64,000 nt of DNA. Source: the human T2T-CHM13v2.0 reference genome, Homo sapiens. Below, one piece after another: positions 54,309 to 64,000 of the stretch; position 1 is the first letter of the stretch; every line of letters begins with the position of its first letter. The notes under the pieces were generated by a model. The model was not told where the DNA came from, did no database searches, and worked only from the letters and a program-made list of their open reading frames with translations. Location: NCBI RefSeq assembly GCF_009914755.1, contig NC_060927.1; one strand, 5' to 3'. The translations under genes were made by a program, and so were the position numbers.

Positions 54309-54816
54309 TGTAAGATACAATGAATCTTTCTGAGTTTCTTTTCAAAAGGTTTAGCCTGTTAACTTCCTTACCCTTTGTTCTCCAACTTAACTTTCTTGTT
54401 TCTCCTTGCCAACAGTTACTGTAAACAGCCTACCCCCTTCCCGTCAGTTCTAATCAATAACTCACATCTGTTCCCTTGGTTACCTGTACCCATCGTTCCC
54501 TTGAAACTGCACGTCTCACAAGCTCCACCACTGTACCTCACGTCCCCCTCCTTTCCATATTTAGAAAAATATTTACAAGTAGCCAATCAGATGAGCTCAG
54601 ATTTTGCAGTCTGACCCCAGCCCATGGGGGAAGGACACAGAGATAGGGATCGCGTTAAGGATATAAAAACCCCCTGGTGTCCTTTGTTCAGTGTGCACTT
54701 GTGACCTTGTTTGACACAAGTGGCACCCTTTTGCAAAAGAAAATTGCCTTGATGAGGAAACTAAATTTATATTCGAGTGCTGTTTCTTTTGCGGCATCGG
54801 AAATTCATTTATAATA
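54309..54816 (+). repeat. 3' LTR (LTR10-like)
   Basis: Co-linear with 46096-46603. About 40 substitutions by hand count. Terminal CA mutated to TA. Confidence 0.92.
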
Positions 54817-55061
54817 AGTTCAACTTAATATTTTTGTGGTGGAAAAACATTTATCTGAAATGTACAATTAATTTTAATTTGATTTTGATTTTCCTTTTAT
54901 TAAGTTGGCTAAATATATACTTAAAATATATATTATGGAGTGCATAAACCTATTTTTGTACAATTTTTATCATGTTCCTTCAATCTGTTCATTCTACTAA
55001 ATATATATTCTTCTATGTTTACTTATGATATAAACAGTGATGTTTAAAATGATTCTCACTT

Positions 55062-55940
55062 GGGAGGAGCCAAGATGGCCGAATAGGAACAGCTCCGGTC
55101 TACAGCTCCCAGCGTGAGCGACGCAGAAGACGGGTGATTTCTGCATTTCCATCTGAGGTACCGGGTTCATCTCACTAGGGAGTGCCAGACAGTGGGCGCA
55201 GGTCAGTGGGTGCGCGCACTGTGCGCGAGCCGAAGCAGGGCGAGGCATTGCCTCACTCGGGAAGCACAAGGGGTCAGGGAGTTCCCTTTCCTAGTCAAAG
55301 AAAGGGGTGACAGACAGCACCTGGAAAATGGGTCACTCCCACCCGAATACTGCGCTTTTCCAACGGGCTTAAAAAACGGCGCACCAGGAGATTATATCCC
55401 GCACATGGCTCGGAGGGTCCTACACCCACAGAATCTCGCTGATTGCTAGCACAGCAGTCTGAGATCAAACTGCAAGGTGGCAGCGAGGCTGGGGGAGGGG
55501 CGCCCGCCATTGCCCAGGCTTGCTTAGGTAAACAAAGCAGCCCAGAAGCTCGAACTGGGTGGAGCCCACCACAGCTCAAGAAGGCCTGCCTGCCTCTGTA
55601 GGCTCCACCTCTGGGGGCAGGGCACAGACAAACAAAAAGACAGCAGTAACCTCTGCAGACTTAAATGTCCCTGTCTGGCAGCTTTGAAGAGAGCAGTGGT
55701 TCTCCCAGCACACAGCTGGAGATCTGAGAACGGGCAGACTGCCTCCTCAAGTGGGTCCCTGACCCCTGACCCCCAAGCAGCCTAACTGGGAGGCACCCCC
55801 CAGCAGGGGCAGACTGACACCTCACACGGCCGGGTACTCCAACAGACCTGCAGCTGAGGGTCCTGTCTGTTACAAGGAAAACTAACAAACAGAAAGGACA
55901 TCCACACCAAAAACCCATCTGTACATCACCATCATCAAAC
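55062..55940. promoter_or_regulatory. L1 5' UTR bidirectional promoter (YY1 site, CpG-rich, antisense promoter)
   Basis: YY1 motif caagatggcc at 55071-55080. High CpG density at 55075-55510 in an otherwise CpG-poor window. Confidence 0.8.
55295..55510 (-). CDS. L1 ORF0, open for 71 aa (MAGAPPPASLPPCSLISDCCASNQRDSVGVGPSEPC...HFPGAVCHPFL*)
   Basis: ATG at 55510-55508, TGA at 55297-55295, no internal stop. Matches the known ORF0 N-terminus. Translation not demonstrated. Confidence 0.7.
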   Translation of the reverse strand: MAGAPPPASLPPCSLISDCCASNQRDSVGVGPSEPCAGYNLLVRRFLSPLEKRSIRVGVTHFPGAVCHPFL

Positions 55941-56947
55941 AGAGCAGAAAAATTGGAAACTCTAAAAAGCAGAGTGCCTCTCCTCCTCCAAAGGAATGCA
56001 GTTCCTCACCAGCAACGGAACAAAGCTGGATGGAGAATGACTTTGACGAGCTGAGAGAAGAAGGCTTCAGACAATCAAATTACTCCGCGCTACGGGAGAA
56101 CATTCAAACCAAAGGCAAAGAAGTTGAAAACTTTGAAAAAAATTTAGAAGAATGTATAACTAGAATAACCAATACAGAGAAGTGCTTAAAGGAGCTGATG
56201 GAGCTGAAAACCAAGGCTCGAAGAGAACTACGTGAAGAATGCAGAAGCCTCAGGAGCCGATGCAATCAACTGGAAGAAAGGGTATCAGTGATGGAAGATG
56301 AAATGAATAAAATGAAGTGAGAAGGGAAGTTTAGAGAAAAAAGAATAAAAAGAAACGAGCAAAGCCTCCAAGAAATATGGGACTATGTGAAAAGACCAAA
56401 TCTACGTCTGACTGGTGTACCTGAAAGTGACGGGGAGAACGGAACCAAGTTGGAAAACACCCTGCAGGATATTATCCAGGAGAACTTCCCCAACCTAGCA
56501 AGGCAGGCCAACATTCAGATTCAGGAAATATAGAGAACGCCACAAAGATATTCCTCGAGAAGAGCAACTCCAAGACACATAATTGTCAGATTCACCAAAG
56601 TTGAAATGAAGGAAAAAATGTTAAGGGCAGCCAGAGAGAAAGGTCGGGTTACCCTCAAAGGGAAGCCCATCAGACTAACAGCGGATCTCTCGGTAGAAAC
56701 TCTACAAGGCAGAAGAGAGTGGGGGCCAATATTCAACATTCTTAAAGAAAAGAATTTTCAACCCAGAATTTCATATCCAGCCAAACTAAGCTTCATAAGT
56801 GAAGGAGAAATAAAACACTTTACAGAAAAGCAAATGTTGAGAAATTTTATCACCACCAGGCCTGCCCTAAAAGAGCTCCTGAAGGAAGCGCTAAACATGG
56901 AAAGGAACAACCGGTACCAGCTGCTGCAAAATCATGCCAAAATGTAA
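55940..56947 (+). pseudogene. L1 ORF1, start codon deleted, internal TGA at 56318-56320
   Basis: ORF1p fragments MENDFDELREEGFR... and MKEKMLRAAREKGRVTLKGKPIRLTADLS...NHAKM*. Confidence 0.93.
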
Positions 56948-57010
56948 AGACCATCGAGACTAGGAAGAAACTGCATCAACTAACGAGCAAAATAACCAGC
57001 CAACATCATA

Positions 57011-60843
<3,833 letters not shown>

Positions 60844-61489
60844 ACAATGAGAACACATGGACACAGGAAGGGGAACATCACACTCTGCGGACTGTTGTGG
60901 GGTGGGGGTAGGGGGAGCGATAGCATTGGGCAATATACCTAATGCTAGATGATGAGTTAGTGGGTGCAGCGCGCCAGCATGGCACATGTATGCACAGGTA
61001 CCAGCATGGCACATTGTGCACAGGTACCCTAAAACTTAAAGTATAATAATAATAAATAAATAAATAAGTAAAAAGTGATTCTCACTAAATGTTAATAATG
61101 GTTATTTTAAGAGTAGTTAGAATTTGTGGTGGGTTTTTATTTCTTTTTTTGTAATTTTGTATTGCTTTAATTTTTCAAAACAAAGATGTATAATTTATAG
61201 AACAATAGCAAAGTCGTTACTCCAAGATCAATAAAGGAAGAGACCACTAACAGGAAAAACAACGGAAAAGCAAGTGTGGAATATATGGGACCAAAGAATT
61301 TTCTAGCCTGTCTCCTGTATCTGCAGCTGGCTTCTTTCAAACTGTGTGAGTGCCTTTATAATGCAAATAAAAGGATTAATTCCCCTGATGTTTTGCTACT
61401 GAGCCAGACCTTTACATGTTCAAGAATATGGTCACTATATTGCTGACTATGTCCACTTAAGTTGGAAATAAAATGCGCAAGTATAATTT

Positions 61490-61648
61490 TTCAAGATGTG
61501 GTTTGCCAACTAGCAGCACTGGCATCACCTGGGTATTTGTTAGATATGCAGAATCTTACCTTACCTGACATACTCAATCAGAATTTTCATGGTGACAAGA
61601 TCCCCTGAATGATCTGTATAAACATTTAAGCCTGAAAAGCACTGCTTT
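61490..61648. mobile_element. MER5-type hAT-Charlie MITE
   Basis: 'gcagcactggcatcacctgggtatttgttagatatgcagaatct...atcagaa...acaagatcccc...gaaaagcactgc'. Confidence 0.75.
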
Positions 61649-62031
61649 AAAAGATCTAATGGCTCAATTTTCCAATAAGGATATTGAACAGCGGCTTACA
61701 TAAAGCTACAGAGATTAATCCTATAGTGGGTTTGCAGAAAGGAGAAAAAAAGATTTTTTCCGTGCACATGAAATTATTCATTCCACAATTTAGCTGTGTT
61801 TTATAGGCTATGGGGTCCATCTTTGGTGTGGCTGGGCATCCACACATTTTTAAACATATTCAGAGTGATATCGGGGATTTCCAGGAAAACAGACACAACG
61901 GTTGATGGTTAAAGAAGAAAAAGGAAAGCTTTCTTGTTTGCTGGCTTGTTTTGTTAGCGCAAGATATGAAGAATCCGGCTGAGGGCAGAGTTAATTAGCA
62001 TTATCTAAAGTGAAAAAAAAAATAGGATTAC

Positions 62032-62289
62032 CTGCAAGAGATCTCAGCACTTGTAATTCTTTTTCCAAATTGTCTAAAGTATGTTGATCAGTAGTGTCAT
62101 CTAAGGAAAGCTCATTCTGGTCAGTAATATCAATATATTCAATTTCTGAAATTTCAGAAGCAGCTCTAGATGATGATTGAGCAGCTGCACTTCTTGATCG
62201 AGGATGAGAGGATGAAAGGCAACTGGAGCTTTCTTTAACAGAGTTGGAAAGTGGAAAATTTCCTGTTGAAGGTCTCTGTGATTTCTGAC
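62032..62289 (-). CDS. ZBBX: ZBBX internal coding exon (258 nt): (G)[85 protein letters not shown](D)
   Basis: Acceptor tttaattttag|GT, donor GCAG|gtaatc. Phase 1-1, open frame, joins the 22422 exon as G+AT = Asp. Confidence 0.92.
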
Positions 62290-63419
62290 CTAAAATTAAA
62301 AGTAAAAAGTTTTTAAATCAACTTTTAAAAATTTGAATGAGTACTTAAAGATACAAAATACCAGGTCCCTGCACACAGAGAAGTTAAGTTCATGTAACAG
62401 AGTTTATGAAAAGTTAACTTTGACTATCACCCTTTCTAGCTAACCACATTTTCTTAATCTCAAATTACTTTTCCAATGTCATAAAGAACACTTCTGTGTA
62501 TTTTTTTCCTAATTTTCCTACATTCAGAGGAAAACAAACTAATTTTAATATTCACAAAGGAAAATATCTATAAACTAAGTCAACTTTGTAGAGAAACAAC
62601 ACACAATTTTATAACGTATTCCAAAGCCAAGCACCACGACATGTGTCTTAAATTCCAGGACAATACCAAACTTAATACCTTGTAAGAAAAAAAACCTTAG
62701 AAAAAGCATCGTGCCACTTCCTAGTAAACCAATTTTACTTGATGATATGTAATTTATTCTTACATTTAAAAATATGGCAACAAAAGAGACTAATTTACAA
62801 AATCTATATGAATATTTGGAAAAACACAGGCTTTAAAGAAATTGAGATCACGTCTCTAATTTTCCTACGGATGAGCTCACTCTCTTCTGGAAAAGTTCCA
62901 GAAGCACCGATCTAAATTAGGTTATTACATTGTTCCTCTAGGACAGTCGCTACTTTGTCTTCACCTGTTTTGAAAGTTGACTTAGTTGGTTTCTTCAACA
63001 TGTTTGCTCCTTTAACAGTAGGAAAAAAAAATCTCTTCAAATCTTATACTAACACAACATAACTAATTTCTAATTTGGTATTTCTCACAAAATATTACTT
63101 AATAAGGCCAAGACAGTTTTCAAGGTACATATTTAAAAATTCATAGGGCAGGTAAATGCTTTAATGTAATAAATTATTGTTCTGATTTAGGTAAATATAT
63201 TTATAGTAAACATAATTATATTATAAGATAACTTTGCACTCCCTTAACACAAACTGGCTTTGTAAAACTATTAGGTGGGTGCAATTGTCATTATCATAAA
63301 AACCCTAATTTGATGGAACCTATGCCATATAACATTGTTCTCACTCTAGTGACTCAACAAAAAATATAAAATTCAAAAAAGTGACTACAGGCGGTAATCA
63401 TGTATTAAATATTTAATGA

Positions 63420-63700
<281 letters not shown>

Positions 63701-64000
63701 GAGTTTGTCTTTTTTTAACTTAAAAAAAATCTACTTCGAATGTGTCTAATACCTCAAGAAGACTCTCAATACAGTATGTAATTATTTAAGCAATTAAAAT
63801 TGGCCAAGGTAAGTCTCAAAGGGTACCAACTTTAGTGAAAATTTCAGAAATCAATTTTTAAAATAATTTTAATTGAAATAAAATTATGAGTAAGTTAAAA
63901 TAAGACTGATCTTTTGTGTCTATTTGTGCTCAGATAAAAATAATGGGCTAAAATATGCCTAAGTGTTAAAAACATATATCTATATATATATATATATAAT

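Larger units (their letters stand above)
46096..54816 (+). mobile_element. Full-length defective HERV-I/HERVIP10-type provirus (LTR10 family), 8.7 kb
   Basis: Two 508-bp LTRs, 4-bp TSD AGTT (46092-95 and 54817-20), tRNA-Ile PBS, PPT aaaagggaggaa, gag-pro-pol-env order. Confidence 0.92.
46023..54830. mobile_element. ~80-bp mariner MITE (MADE2-like) split by the HERV-I provirus (46023-46095 plus 54821-54830)
   Basis: The reconstructed empty site taatggattaaaccatataaagttgcc...ggtaatttcgtacagtt|caacttaata is an imperfect inverted repeat. Confidence 0.65.

Noticed and set aside
61990-62031. Acceptor-like tract (tttttcactttag) 27 nt after the ZBBX donor
   Set aside because: It is too close to form an intron, and the frames close almost immediately.

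Overview
This is primate (human or hominid-like) genomic DNA, AT-rich and dense in repeats. It holds the 3' end of ZBBX on the minus strand, recognised from memory of the C-terminal peptide: three coding exons (62032-62289, 22284-22422, 20572-20698) that splice in frame, plus a 3' UTR. The 39.6-kb intron between 22423 and 62031 is about three-quarters filled by four large insertions. These are (1) a gag-only ERV1 provirus with a Pro-like PBS (26767-31349), (2) a composite L1MA/L1PB block with nested Alus (35458-45986), (3) a complete but dead HERV-I-type provirus with an Ile PBS, inserted into a mariner MITE (46096-54816), and (4) a full-length L1PA2/PA3-type LINE-1 (55061-61071). The best lead is that this L1 has lost ORF1 and ORF2 but keeps a 71-codon ORF0. 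Its antisense promoter points in the ZBBX sense direction, and a 1-nt deletion puts its second splice donor in phase with the next ZBBX exon, predicting an in-frame ORF0-ZBBX fusion. A second lead is a symmetric 129-nt exon-like segment with a single in-frame stop (62881-63009). Several templated or microhomology repair scars are also visible. Subfamily names are by-eye calls; no database searches were run.
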